Assembly (NCBI GenBank): GCA_001938485.1
Contig: MQRK01227905.1
Span: forward strand, 33,854 to 88,367
DNA: 54,514 bases
Direction of reading: 5' to 3'
Origin: Girardia tigrina
Lineage: Eukaryota
The translations under genes and the position numbers were made by a program. Positions within the stretch are counted from its first letter, which is position 1. Each line of letters begins with the position of its first letter. The notes beneath the pieces were generated by a model, which was not told the DNA's origin, made no database searches, and saw only the letters and a list, made by a program, of their open reading frames with translations. Positions 13,101 to 27,300 of the stretch are shown piece after piece.

Positions 13101-16100
13101 GCTAAAAATATTAAATTTGCTTTATATCATTAGTTAAATAGATATTTTCCTTTCAAATATTACAATAGAGGTTTTTTAATAAAATTGGACGAACTTTCCA
13201 TTCAACCGAATAGATATTAAAGATCTTGAGACATCTATATGGTATAGTGAGGATCATACGTGCATTCAGTATCAGGTAACGTGTTACGTGATTCCAGGAA
13301 TTATTTTTATTTTATGTTAAAGTACAAGTTATTTTATTTAGTGAAAAACAGATTGAGTGAACATTCAAAACACTTAAATGACACTTAAGAATAATTGTAC
13401 TTATTTAAGAACTCCATTTATTAGATGTTGCAATTACATTAACTGAAATAATAAATTTCAAGTAAAGGAAAACACTTTTTCTCAATTTAAGTTTTTTGAT
13501 AATTTCGAATTCAAATCTTGGATGTTGGACTTTAAGTAGATTATTTCGTAACATGTTTCGGTTCTCTATATCAAGAAATTTGTATTGTTTTTTCAGGAAT
13601 ACGGAATTGTTTTCTATGTGTTTATGTGCAATTTGATCGATAGATACAGATAAATTAAATAAAACTATGTGATGCAAACTTATCTTATAATTTTTATAAT
13701 AACTGATCCATAAATGTCAATAAATATACTGTAACATCGATACTAAAAGTAATAAAAGATCTTCAAAGATATAATCATTTTAAGGATATTACTAAAATAG
13801 TTTAGTGATATTCATGGTGAACTATAATTTCTTTATAAGCTATTCACAGATGATGGAATGGATCATTTTGTATACTCACTCTCATTACAGAATGCATCAG
13901 TAAAACTTGAAATTATTATGTATTAAGTCTTATAATAAGCCTCCCCCGACTGAATGGATAACTGTGTATTGTATAGACTACAGTACCAGCATTCGAGTAC
14001 AGGGTAGTGAGTCATAGACTCTGTATCGGGTAAAAACCATAAATAGACAATACAGAGCCTACTGACTTTATCGCATGGGTTTAGATGCAATAATGCGAAC
14101 CATTAGTGCACAGGCACGCTTCGGTTTCCCAGTAAGAAAGGACCAGTCGTGATCCCTCGTACGGTGTAGAGCTTTGGCTATGTAAACAAGTTTCGTACAA
14201 TAAGTAAAGGGACACTGAAATATCCCCACATCATTTGTATTACTTAACCGAAAGTCGAGAATCACCCTTGGAATCACTCCTGAGTCCGTCTCCGCGGTAC
14301 CGTCGTGGGGCACTGACTCATCATGCATCATGATCAGATTCGAAGATTTTGTATATCCTTCATCTACGTTATTTTGTGAAGCACTAGTACCACTGGTATT
14401 GCCCTGGGTTCGGTGATCGATCAATAAATGTCGCTTTAACCATCCATTCGTTTTATATGTCTTGTAACAATTTTCCATGGGACACTGGAAGGTTATGTCA
14501 CCATTCTGTTACTGCGGTGTGGTAACCGTATGCACGTTTTTGATATGTCTCCTTTTGATGTGTCAGACAAATGAAGGAATTTGTGTTCAATAACAAAAGT
14601 GTATTAAAACCTGTCCAATTGTTGTATTCAAAAAGGAATAAAAATAACTCTATTATTACAAAGTAAAAATTTGAGTTAAATTTAACAAGAAAAAACGATT
14701 TATTGATGAATCAAACGAACGAAGAAGAGAAAAAACAATGTTACTTTCGTTCTGCGAGTAAATTTCCCAATTTCAAAGCTCATGTCATAAATGAAGCGTT
14801 ACGATAAAACCGAGGAAAACCTTCAAATGTGTTCAGAAACTCCATCATCTGCTAAGAAAAATTTTTATGATAGCACATCTTTGGGTAAACTATTTTCTTT
14901 TGACTCGTTGGACAATGATTCTCACGAGTCCAATCCTAACAGTCCTTCTTCACTTAAAACTCCATACAGAAATTCGAGTGAAGTTCTTTCTGGTTCTCAG
15001 TTAACGTAAAGGCACGGTTTCCACAACAATAGTTTTAGGGAGGATAGTAAAAAAACCTTGAATCGTTTAGCTTCACTATATACATCATCATTAATTATTA
15101 ATAAATGAGCAAGACTTCCAATTATGTGGTTATTAAACCTACGATTGGCAGACATCTGCTACTTTTGTCAGATGTTAAGATTTATTCGGTTTTCAATATA
15201 TTTCCATAGACATTACTCCGATATTTTTATTTTCTTAAGTTCCAACTTTTTTTCGGTTAATAGTTAATGTAAAAAATATTTAATTTATTTAAGAGAATCA
15301 TATATGCCTACCAAATCATTGAAAGGTTTTGAAGTTCTTTAAAGTCAATAATAATTTGGTCCATCACATAATGGTAATCTTAAATTGAAGTGTTAAAACC
15401 GAAAAAAAATCATGTACAATATTAAAAATTTAATTAATTAATTAATAATCTTATTTTCTTTTAATATAAATTTGTTATTATTTATATTTTTATTGAAGAT
15501 ATCAGAACTGGAAATAACAATTTTATTAGTTAGTTTTGTCACACCTCCTATTATTTGATTTACACTTTCCTTTAATTACATTCCTAAATTAAATCAAAAA
15601 TTATAATGTTATTGATTATTTATTTATATTTGTATAATTATCATAAATTTTAACAAATAAAAAATGGTGTTTTAATTATTGAAAGAATAATGTTTGATTA
15701 GTAAATATTATCTTTTCTAAAGTGAATAGTGGAATATATTGGTAAAAAGGTTTTTTTTTCATTTAATTAAATTTTGCTTTGTTAATTTATTTTTACTTTG
15801 TCATTTTAAGTGTTAATTAAAATGATTCCTTTAAGAATTAGTTTTATCAACTAAAAGTTAAGGAATTTATGCTTTTTTATTGACTCATACTTTTGTAAGG
15901 AATGGTTTTTTGGTTTATGCACTATTTGAGACTGGTTCCTCTCTTACCCGGGTGGCTGATTAAAATTTTACTTTTTATTATTTAAAAATAATTTTCTTCA
16001 AAAATTCCCTAAAAATTGTCGAGTGCAATAGGAACTTCAATTAAGGATCCAGAGATCTTATATTTGTTACTCTTTTAATAACTCTTAAATTGAATGTACA

Positions 16101-18327
16101 GAATTTTAAATTTTAGGAAGTCTCATTTTACTTACCATGTTTTAATGCTCAGCAATATTAGTACCACCTTCACAACAACTGTCTTCAATATGTCTTCCTG
16201 AAGTATTCTTCAGACATGACGTTACATCTTTTGCATTTATATTACTAAAACATCCGAATGTAAGAATGTGGATAAATTTTTTTTTCAATATTATTGTTTT
16301 TTTTATATGTGGCATTATTTATTGTTTGAAAGTATTTAACCTTCAGGAGACTAAGTTTTTTTTAAGACTAAAGGGGTATTTTTTATTTCCCACTGAATTT
16401 TGATTTTTAATAAGAAATTCGAAATATTTTGTTGTTTATTATAAATATATTATACTAAACTAAGAAACGTTTGAGGTAAAGAATTTTTTGCCTAAAATAG
16501 TATAAAGTATATTATAAATAGAGTAAAGATTATATAAAACTATATTATAAAAATTATATAATCCCCCAGTACAGCTATTTTTTCTGATCAATTTTTTCCT
16601 CGAGAATAATCCCCTACTTCTAATAATTCACCACACTGAAAATGGGTTAATATTGCTTGGAATACTCTTTCAAAAGAAATGATTATAAAAACGTTATAAT
16701 CATGTTTCTTAGGTATCAAATTTAGAACAAAATATTGTGCTTGTATAAATCATCAAGTTCTTGATGGTGAGGACTTGTCGGAATCTAGCTATTCAGAAAT
16801 TGATGAATAAATTTGATTTTCTAAAATTCTTTTTTATATTTTTAAAAAATTCTAATAATTCCCCATATCCTTGTTTTTCTAACTTTTAAAAAAAAATAGA
16901 ATAATCTCTCATGGGAATTATTGGAAGTTTTAGAGTATAATGATATTACATAGTATAATATAAACGACGGTACCAAAATGGACTGGGACCAAAAAGGCCT
17001 GCTCCTTGAACAATTATTTTATTGCATTGGAAGACACCTTTAATTTATTTCATGTCCATGTTACCAATAAAATACTATTGTGAATTAATTTGCAAATACT
17101 TGAAAAAATAAAATAATATATGTGCTTGTGTTTTAAGTTTTAATGTATTAAGTACATAATTTTTTTGAAATATGTTATTATGTAAATTAATAATGGATTA
17201 ATTTATTTTTCATTCTTTTTTATATATTCTACTTTTCTCTTGGAAAATATATTTAATGACATTATTTTCTTTAACATTTTATTTATAGAAGAATTATATT
17301 TGATAAAAGTATAATAACAGAAATCCGATCCCCGAAACTTATTCGAACCGACGTCAAAAGCAATGATGGCGACAATGATGATATTTTGTCCGAAAGTATT
17401 TCTCAAAAAAACAACACAAATTTGTGGTTAGTTTTGATGAAATTAAAATAGAATGTATCCCTACGAAATTAATTCACAATTATTTACTGAAATAATACAT
17501 TTGTTATAATTATGATAAAAATTAAAATTAGTATTTGTATTTTATCTATTTACAACTAAACTAAGAAGATATGAATTCGAATGTTTACGAGTCATAAGGT
17601 GAAACAAAAGAATATTGAAATTATTAATATTATATTACTTTCGATGATATTTTAATTTCAAATTATTTTTTTTATTTTACTTTTTAAATTTTTTTTTAAA
17701 TTTACTTTTATTTAATATTTTACAAATAACGTATAAAAATGAATACACTCAAAAATAATTAAATTTTATTAAATATCTAACACAATGAATAAAATCAAAA
17801 ATAACTAGTAAATCAAAAAATTAAATTTTTTATATCCATTCTTTATGCATTCAGAACTCTACTTTCTAACAAAGTTTTAATTAAAAAATGATTTAAAAAA
17901 CACAAATATTAAAAAAATAATTTAATATTTATCTTAATAATATATATAATTTAACAAATGTATATAAAATAACAATTAAAACTAAATTTTATTCGTATAA
18001 ATAAAATTACAAAAAAAATAATTTTTTTATTATCATATTCTTTATATGTAATACAATTTTATATAATACAATTATTTAAATGAAAAATAAATAGTAAATT
18101 GATTAAAAAATTAATATAAACTGCTTATAATTTGTAAGTATATATTTTTGATTTAATATTGTTCTGGAACTACGAAATTTCCGTTTTTTCCCATTTTGGG
18201 ACCTTAAAAAGTTTTTTGATCAAATTTTTACATAATCATTTATTGTCATCGAGAATGTGTAAGTGTGCCAAGTTTGAAGAAAATTGATTTAGTAAAAGAC
18301 CTTCGAAAATAGGTTTCTAAATTCTAA

Positions 18328-18365
<38 letters not shown>

Positions 18366-21300
18366 AAAAACACGCCATTTGTTAAATTTATTTTTACGAC
18401 AATTAATTTCGACGGTATAACCGTCATCGTCAGGTCTCGAGAAAGAAATGAATTTTAAATCTGCTTATATGGGCAAGCAGTGATTATGTCATCAATTGAT
18501 TATTATGTCATCTAAACACGTTTAATAGGCTTTTCGAGAGACCCGTTTGCACATTAATCTTAGGATCTAAAGATCTGATATAAAGTGCTTCACAGGCCAC
18601 CCTCTCCCTATAGTTTTTAAAACGAGAACACAGAATTTTAAAATCATTTATGTTTATGTTTTCATTCAAATTACAACCCATGCAATATTACTCCCACCTA
18701 CATTCCGACCATGTTCTTGAATTCTCTTACTAAGATGACGGGACGTCTCTCCAATGTATGTGGCATTACACCCATTACATGTAAATTTATATAAGAGATC
18801 CGAACATAATCCAAATGAGGTTGGAGATTTATTACAAAACACATTTTGGATTTTATGTTTGTGATATTATTTTTAAATTAAAGGCATTATTTACGCATTT
18901 TAAAATTGAACGTTTAAATTGACCAAATCCCTTTGAATATGGAATGCTTAAAACATATTTTAAAGTTGTTGATATAAATTGTCGAAATTAATACAATCAA
19001 ATAAGTACTAATTTGGGATTTACGAATAAAGACGTTAGGACAAACGGAACATTAAGACGCATTTAAACTGTTTTGTCTTACAAGCACAACGTTTTATTAC
19101 ATTTAGTTGTATGGATAAATAGTAGAGGAATTTGACTGAGTATAAAATATATATATAAAGATATATATAGTCAATTTTGGCTTTTTACCGGTGAATTTCC
19201 ACTTTTTGCCAATCGATTTTGTCTCTAGAAAATTATATTTTAATTTAGTTAACTTTTGGATAGAAAATAAATATATTTTTAAATTTTCCTCTACTTTTTT
19301 AGAATTTAAAAAAAACAGCTCTTATGTCAAATCAAGAAGAGAAAAGAACTTCATCATCAAGGAATGTTTTGCAGGCCCCGAGGCTGAGAAGAAGAAATGT
19401 CTTCATATCAAATGAAAAAAGATTGAGTCTAATACGTCTTGTCAAGGACCAAGGACAGACTATCAAATCTGCAGCATTTGAGAATATGATGAAAGAAACG
19501 CTAGTCTATATCTTGTCTCATTAATCTTGTCACGAACTTCCCGTGTATTGTGGATTGCTAAGTTATCCCAAACGATGTTACTTTCAGCTATTTCTTGAAA
19601 TAATCTATTAAGAACTGATATCAAAAGAATCAATTTCATTGTTAAATTAGAAATTACTTGAAAATATATAATACCGTGCGAATTCATGTCATAAATTAGT
19701 GAAAATGTGTTCCTAGTACTGTTGGAACAATAGAGTTGACTGGATAATGTTGACTTGTGTTTGTGAAGCATTTTGTGGGAAATTAATTACGTGAAGACGT
19801 CAAAAAGTCCGTAGACTTACAGGTTAATTAATAATGTATAAACGTGAATCTATTATGCGAAAGAAGTACATTTAAATAGATAAAAAATTATAGTATTCGT
19901 TTTAACGTTTGATTATTTTGTCTGACATTTTCCACGATTATTCATTATATTTGATTTTGAAAAGTGCAATATAATTAAGTTTTTGCTTCCAAGGAAAATC
20001 TAACCTAAATAAATAATTCGACTACTAAATGAGATATATAGTGAAGAGGTCCCCTCTCGATCTACATCTTAAAAAATGGATTAAAGAATTTAACTGCGAC
20101 AGAATGAATATGCATAATGTGGAAAGGAGCGGGAGATCACGAGAAATATGTGGAGAAAATTGGAAAAACTGAAGAATATCGTTCGGAATGAACGGAAAGC
20201 GATGATGGAATAACTTGCATAGGCCTGAAACGCCAGCTATGGAATAGTGCATGACATGTTCCATTCACTGGGAGTAGGAAAGTTATGCTTGTGATTCGTG
20301 CCTTATTTTCTCATTGTGGATGTTAGATGTGGTGTGCACATCACTCGGATGATAATGAAACTCAGTCATTGACGATAAATTTCGATTTCACACAAATTAC
20401 AATTTTTATTTCTCTTTTTTTCACTGTGCAAATTACCGTATTGCAAATTACACGTACTTGTCAGTATTTAAATAATATCATATACTGAATAAATAATCTC
20501 ATATACTATAAATAATCTCATATACTTTAAATAATCTCATATACTATAAATAATCTCAAACATATTATTTTAAATACATTATTTTTGTAAATTTTTATCT
20601 TTCTTAAACCAGAAAAGAAAATTTATTATTAATATTGAATTTTAATTTCATTTTATAAATTTGCTTTCTATAAAACTTGTTCTAACTTAATTTTTAACTT
20701 TGATTAATAATTTAGAATGACCTTTAATTTCCCAATATACGAAAATTCAAATAATCTATATATACAAAAATTTTCAAACTGGCTCTTGAGTTCCTAACAT
20801 TCCTCTCTTTCTTTAAAATTTTTGAACTTTTCAACATTTCTCACTAGTTGTTTTTTATCTATATCCTCCAGTCTGTAACTCATCTCATGAATTCTCTCTA
20901 TGATGGTATATAACACCTCATATCGGTTGTTTCCTTTATTTCTTATCACTTTTTACCCACACTTTATCTTCGACTCTGAAATGCCTTCTTGTTTGTATCT
21001 CGATATACTTCCTGTTTTCATCTTACATACATGTATACCACTACTATATCACTTATATCTATATATTTTCCTAACTAATATAACTTCTACCTATCGTCTT
21101 CTGTCGAGTTGCATTTAATGTGAATTCCATCTGTGGTAGCATGTCTTCCAAACTTATTTCGTGTCTTTATTTTAGACTAACTTGAATATTTTCGCGTATT
21201 GTCCGGAACTGTCTTTCCACCATATCATTATTATGGTGGTAGGGGCACGAGAATTTCAACTGAATACCTTATTTTACATTAACTCTTGTATCTTCTGGGA

Positions 21301-24300
21301 TTAAAAATTCTCCCGACAGTCCACGTATATTTCTTTAGGTACGCTGAATTTTAATGTCCATTTCTTCAAAATAATTTGCATAATCGTCTGTTCATCTTGT
21401 CGTTTTATCTGTACTAAAATGATATATTTACTCTAATGATCAATCATGGTCATGACATATCTTTCTTTTCTGTATCTTTTCTTTCTTTTTCCATAGGCCA
21501 CAAATATCGATGCATACTTTCTCAAATGGTTCCAAAGATTACATAATCAACGGGCATTTTGTGCTCACCGCTTACATAATTATTGCGTTGTTTGATTGTA
21601 GATGTTCAACTTAATTAAAAATTCTTGCAACTTAACAATTATATTATATTTATGTTTTATAAAAGTTAATTTAAATTCAAAGGAACTTATATTTGAAATT
21701 AAAAAAAATTGATATTAAAAAAGCTTAGCTTTGAAATACAAACTTGTATCGGAATTGTATCACATTAAACTAATTTTTAATGTAGACATTGGTCGACGAA
21801 GGCGGGGATAATGAGCTCGGTGAAATTATAAATAACTATTTAGTAATTTATTTAAATTCTTTATCAAATCGAAAAGAACACGTGAAAATATCAAATTAAC
21901 AAAATAAAATAAATTATTTTCAATATTTACAAAGTTTTTTCATTTTACAATGTAAAGTTTAATTAATGGTGTTGCATTTTATTATTTTATTAATTAAACT
22001 ATTTTTTTTAATAATAAATGTGTATTCAGAAGAACAAATCCATTATGTTTTGATTATAACCGATGTTTCTTTCGAAAGACGTTTTGATATGGTAGGAAAG
22101 ATAATTAATACATTAAAATAGGGTCTCAGTTTTGTCTGTGTAAATTACAATATATAATAAAACCTTGATAAAAAATATTTTTCATCTTGAAAATTTGTCA
22201 GATAATTTATGACATAATTTATTTGAATAACTCTTATAAAATTTTACTTCTATCAGATTTCGATAATAATAGTTTTAAAATATTTCAAGTTTTTAAAATA
22301 ACATAGAATGATATAATTTAATGAGTCACTATATATTATCATACAATGGGACCAATTCCGATAGTTATTTAAGGATTCCATGATAGGGGGTCGTTTATTT
22401 TTTCGGATTCGGAGATCATCATCTTTGACTAATGTTTGACTTTGTTCATAAAAGTTTACTATATATTTTAACTTTAAAATCCATATTTTTATTCGGACTA
22501 AAAAGACTAAAATAAATTTTCTCCTATACAAAAAACAACAAGAAATTATTTGGTCATAAATAAAAACGTAGGGTGTTTTTCAAATATAAGGATCACTTTG
22601 GTCCATATAGATTGATGTGACTGAAAAATTACGCAACATGCTACCACATTCAAGTGTTGATGCTACTTTTGTTGTAGTAACAAAATTACTCGAAAATCGG
22701 GGATGTTCAGATCAAACGTGAACGCTTATACATAACACTGGATTGGCTTAGGAGCCGTCCGTTAATTACGTAATTCTTTAAGTGGCGTAGAGTTTTTGTT
22801 CCAATGCGTTACATGGGGAATGGAGGAGTCTCTATGTTGTTGCGAAACACAGATTCTGAAAAATATATTTTCAAAATTTTCAGATTCCATTTTCTTAAGA
22901 TGGACAAGTCAAATTAAATGTTGAGTTATATCTATCTTTGTATTTGGTATATTTCAAAGCAAACAAAAACAAATAAAAAACAATGTCAAATAGGGATAAA
23001 TTCAATTTGGAATTCTACAACAAATGACAAAATGTCGCTTTTCTTGTGTCTGAGCAACCTAAATAACTTGATCCAGAGTCATTAAAACAGAAAGGTAAAT
23101 TAATGTATTTTGGGGGTAAAACGACATCATAGCATTATCAGAACACATCAAGTTCACAGCCATCATCCAATATTTAAGTTCAATGTTATCGTCATCAAGT
23201 GTAAATGTTTAACCCTTTTACTACCATTGACAATACGTCCCAAGCAATTTCAAAAAAATCCATAGAGATAAATTAGTATGCGAAATCGGTTATTTGCATC
23301 CCAGTTGTATATAGTGGATGTACTCTTGCGCACCATCTACACACACTACCTGAAAACTTGTCAGTAATTGTCGGTTGCGAGTTTACTTTTGCTCTAGGAC
23401 CATCTTCTCATTTTTATTTAATATGAGTTTAAAAAATAGTTCGGTAGTCAAAGGGTTAAATGGTGCCAAATGCCGAAAAAAATACACGAACAATTAGTGA
23501 ACAATTCTACTGCATTAAATATTTCAACCTGGACAAATAGATCTCATTCAACTCCGGCTGAAAACAAACTTTTAGAAGAAATATCACTGCTGGATTCTGA
23601 AATTATTCTTATGTTGGATAAGAAGAGAAGTGGATTAGATAATAAGGATGATAATAAAAGGCTGTTTAAATTGAGAAAAAGAAAGAAAAGAAATTAAAAT
23701 CGGATTTAAAAATAAAACAATTAAGTCAAAAGCGGTAATAAATATTTCGAAATAACACTAAATTAAAAATTCAACAGTGATGAGGTATCGAAAATTTTTC
23801 AAGATCGGAATTGTGTTTTTCCTGGAAGAAAGCCAGCCAGAATTATTGAGGGTTATAATGAAGATCGTATTACATGGTTCAGCTGCTGATGAGCGAAGAC
23901 AATCAGATGTAATTCGAAGCGTAAAAACCAAAAGGATCAAATTCTAATGAATGCATATAACATATAGTCATAGTACCAGTCAAACTCTTGAGAAGTCAAA
24001 ATGATGCTCACGCAAAATATGTTGACGTAAAATTTTGTACCGCTGGTATTAGCATGGTAGAAGGGATATAGCTTTGTTATTGGGTTCAAATGATGTATTT
24101 TTTCTTAGCCAAGATGACAAAATCAAGGTTACTTTTAGTATTATAGTCAGGTATTACTCTTCCAGATCATGACTTAGTTATATCGGGAAAACATAAAAGT
24201 ATGTTGCTATTGAAATTAAGAAAGGATTATTGGGTACAAAAGAATCTGTTGGGTATTCTGGGCCTAGATACTTTGCAATTAAATCTGGAAAACATTCATC

Positions 24301-27300
24301 ATCAACAAAATTATCGCATGGTTTAGATTTTGAAAAATTATTGAATTTACCAGAATTTGATAATCTTCTTCGGTACTATGAAATAGTGAAGCCAGTAATT
24401 ATGGCAGTAGTCGATGGAGGACTGATGAAAACCCACAATAATAAAAGTGGCTGTACATCATTTCCTATCAAACTATATTGATGTTATTTTGGTTTCAACT
24501 AATTCTCCATGTCTAAGGGCTTTTAACCGGGTTGAAAGGAGAATGACTCCTGAGTATAGAACTTTTGGATTTAATTTAAGAATATGAATACGATAATTGA
24601 ACACGATTGAATACGATATAAGCAACTTTATAATAATGCCATTATAAGTAAATCTGTGAAATACATCCCACATTTTTTACTTCTGAGCAAATGAATTCTT
24701 GGTGTTTTCTTATATACGAGAAAAGTTATTTCAGTCTTTTAAGTCAAAAAAAACGTAGTTTTTTAAAAAAATGTATATTATTTATTTTTAAGTTGATTTT
24801 ATTTTAGTCTTTTTATGCAGTGGATTATTTATTGAATATCAGTCCCATTCGAATTGGGGTTTCATAATCAATACGACTATGCTGATTAATGAGTTCGACT
24901 CTGAATCGATCGCAATTTTTCAACAATTCAATTGATTCGGAGTCCATATATCGAGTCCACAACTCGAACTAGTTGTCCGTTCGAGCCAATTGAAGTGACA
25001 AAATGACCGGTTGGTTAAGAGGAGCATTTTAATATGTTTCGGTGTGGTGCGACTATGAGATAACGGATGAATCCCGACCTGCTCGATCGACTCAAAAATC
25101 TTTGACATTAATTTGGTGCCGATTGCTGAAATGGATAGCCTATTTATAGATAAACATGTAGGGTGTTTCAGTAGTTACCGGGCAGTCAAAAATCATTTCA
25201 TTAAATCCATTGTGCATGAAACAAAATTTATAACAGAGTATGTGTCAACCATTTGCTGCGTTCTCGACAATAGTCAGTTATTGTAGGTATTATTTTTGGG
25301 TACTCAAGTCGTATTTCTCAAGACAATTTCGATTGAATAGTAAACTGAAACCTACAGAAACTAAAAGCTACGTATAGGAAATTAAAAATGTATAATGCGT
25401 TTCAAGAAATTCTTATTCTCATCATCATGTTGAATTTAATAGGATTTTTCTAATTCATATATAAACTTTATAAAATTACCTTGTTGTTGAAGTTATTTTT
25501 TTTTAAAAAGTATCAAATCAAGGATTCAATTTAATTGTGATGCAGGAATAGGAGCTGTAAATATTTGGAGAAGTTGACAAAACAAGAGTTACATGATTAT
25601 AATCTGGATATAAGTTGGTGTAACATAATTCTTCCGATTTGCAAATTTGTGAGTGAAACGATCACTCCCATCAATATCATGGAAAAATCAATAAACGACA
25701 TCAGACAATTTGTACAAATAAAGAAGGTTAATATTAGTATTTGTTTATTTTCATAGAAAGGTCGACAATTTAATTTTCATTTTGTATAACGATAAAATTT
25801 TAAATTTCTGTAATGTTACGATTTTTAAAATAAATTCATCTAAAATTTATTATCTATTTTTTTAATAACTGCACATTCATATATTGGGATATATGGAACT
25901 ATCTTTTACCGACAATTATATTAACTTTATTGGCTTATTATATTTGAAAGTCGCTTTCCGTTAGTAAAATCTCTTAGACATACAATTGAAAATTTCATGT
26001 TAAAAACCAGAATATAAAATTAAATAACCAATAAAAATGTAGAAAATAAAATGAATGTGTAATTTAATAATGTGTGCTTACATTCAATTACAACTTAATA
26101 CAGGATGATTGAAAAAACTCCATATTTTTAAATACCTAGAATTTAATTCAAATACACAATATTTATAAACTTTTGTGTATATCTTATTTATTGTATGACA
26201 ATTTAATCTATGCTCTCGTTTTCTTTTTAGGTATGTTTTGTTCATTGGTTTTAATTAATTTATTTGAAATTTCAAAAGCCCTGCAAGAATGGTTGGATAT
26301 CTTACACCACTAGAAGGTATCCAGGTAACTGTAAGTTACGAAGTTTGGAGATAGATTTTTCAAGTGAAAAGATTGCGAAGAACCATTAGGAAAAACATGC
26401 TCAAACCAATCCAATAACAATAAAGAATTGTCATGAAATATCCATGACCATAGGATCTGGGGCTGATACTCCAAGAAGCGGTCGCTATTTCAATTATAGA
26501 GATCATAAGGTAGTGCATGTTGTCCAAGAAAATTTTCTAAGTAGCCAGCAAAACCCAATTCGACAAGCAACAATGGATAAAGATATCTTTCAATGTGTAC
26601 GTGTAGTGCTGAAAAAGTACTGAAAAAAAAGGCTGAATGGTCATTTTCTTGGAAGAGGAATGGATCGTCGTGGTTTACATGCATGGCCAGTCAGAAATCC
26701 TGACTTAATACCATGTGACTTTCTTCTACTACATTACTCTACTAAATTAAGAACTTGAAAGAGAATACATAAAATTTTGGATTTGATCCTGCAAGTGTTT
26801 CTTGTGTAATCAGTAGATGCTTTTCCTAATTGACTTGACATTGGTGGCTAATGATGAGGCCTATATTGAATTCAAAATTAAGTCCATGAAATATACTTTC
26901 ATCTCATATTTCCTAAACATAAATTATAAAAAAAACGTAAATTACTGTTATTTTATAATAAGAAGTTATTTTTCAATCACCCTGCATATTAAAAATAAGT
27001 TATAATCCTATATAATAACCAGGGCTCCAGAAAGTCAATAAAGTCAACTTTCTTTATGGAAACCAAACTTGCACAAGATATACGTTACTTTTATCAATTT
27101 TATAAAATCTAGCCAGGAAAAAAAATTTTAAGGTCAATAAAAGTCAATTTTTTTTGTTTTGTGTCAATAAAGTCAACTTTTTTTATATAAATAAATATAA
27201 ATATAAATAAATATAAATATAAATACCCTATAAAATTTTATAAGTCAATTTTATAGGTTAATTTTTTAAGTCAATTAAACCTAATATAATTGTTTTATTT

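Noticed and set aside
18981-18992. gtcgaaattaat, an inverted match to the hammerhead 3' half at the Penelope truncation point
   Set aside because: Only 12 AT-rich bases; could be an inverted pLTR scrap but is not supportable
20169-20200. ctgaaga..cgttc/gaacg..gaaa hammerhead-like pattern
   Set aside because: Four extra unpaired bases in the core, no flanking stems, and it lies in a mariner coding remnant
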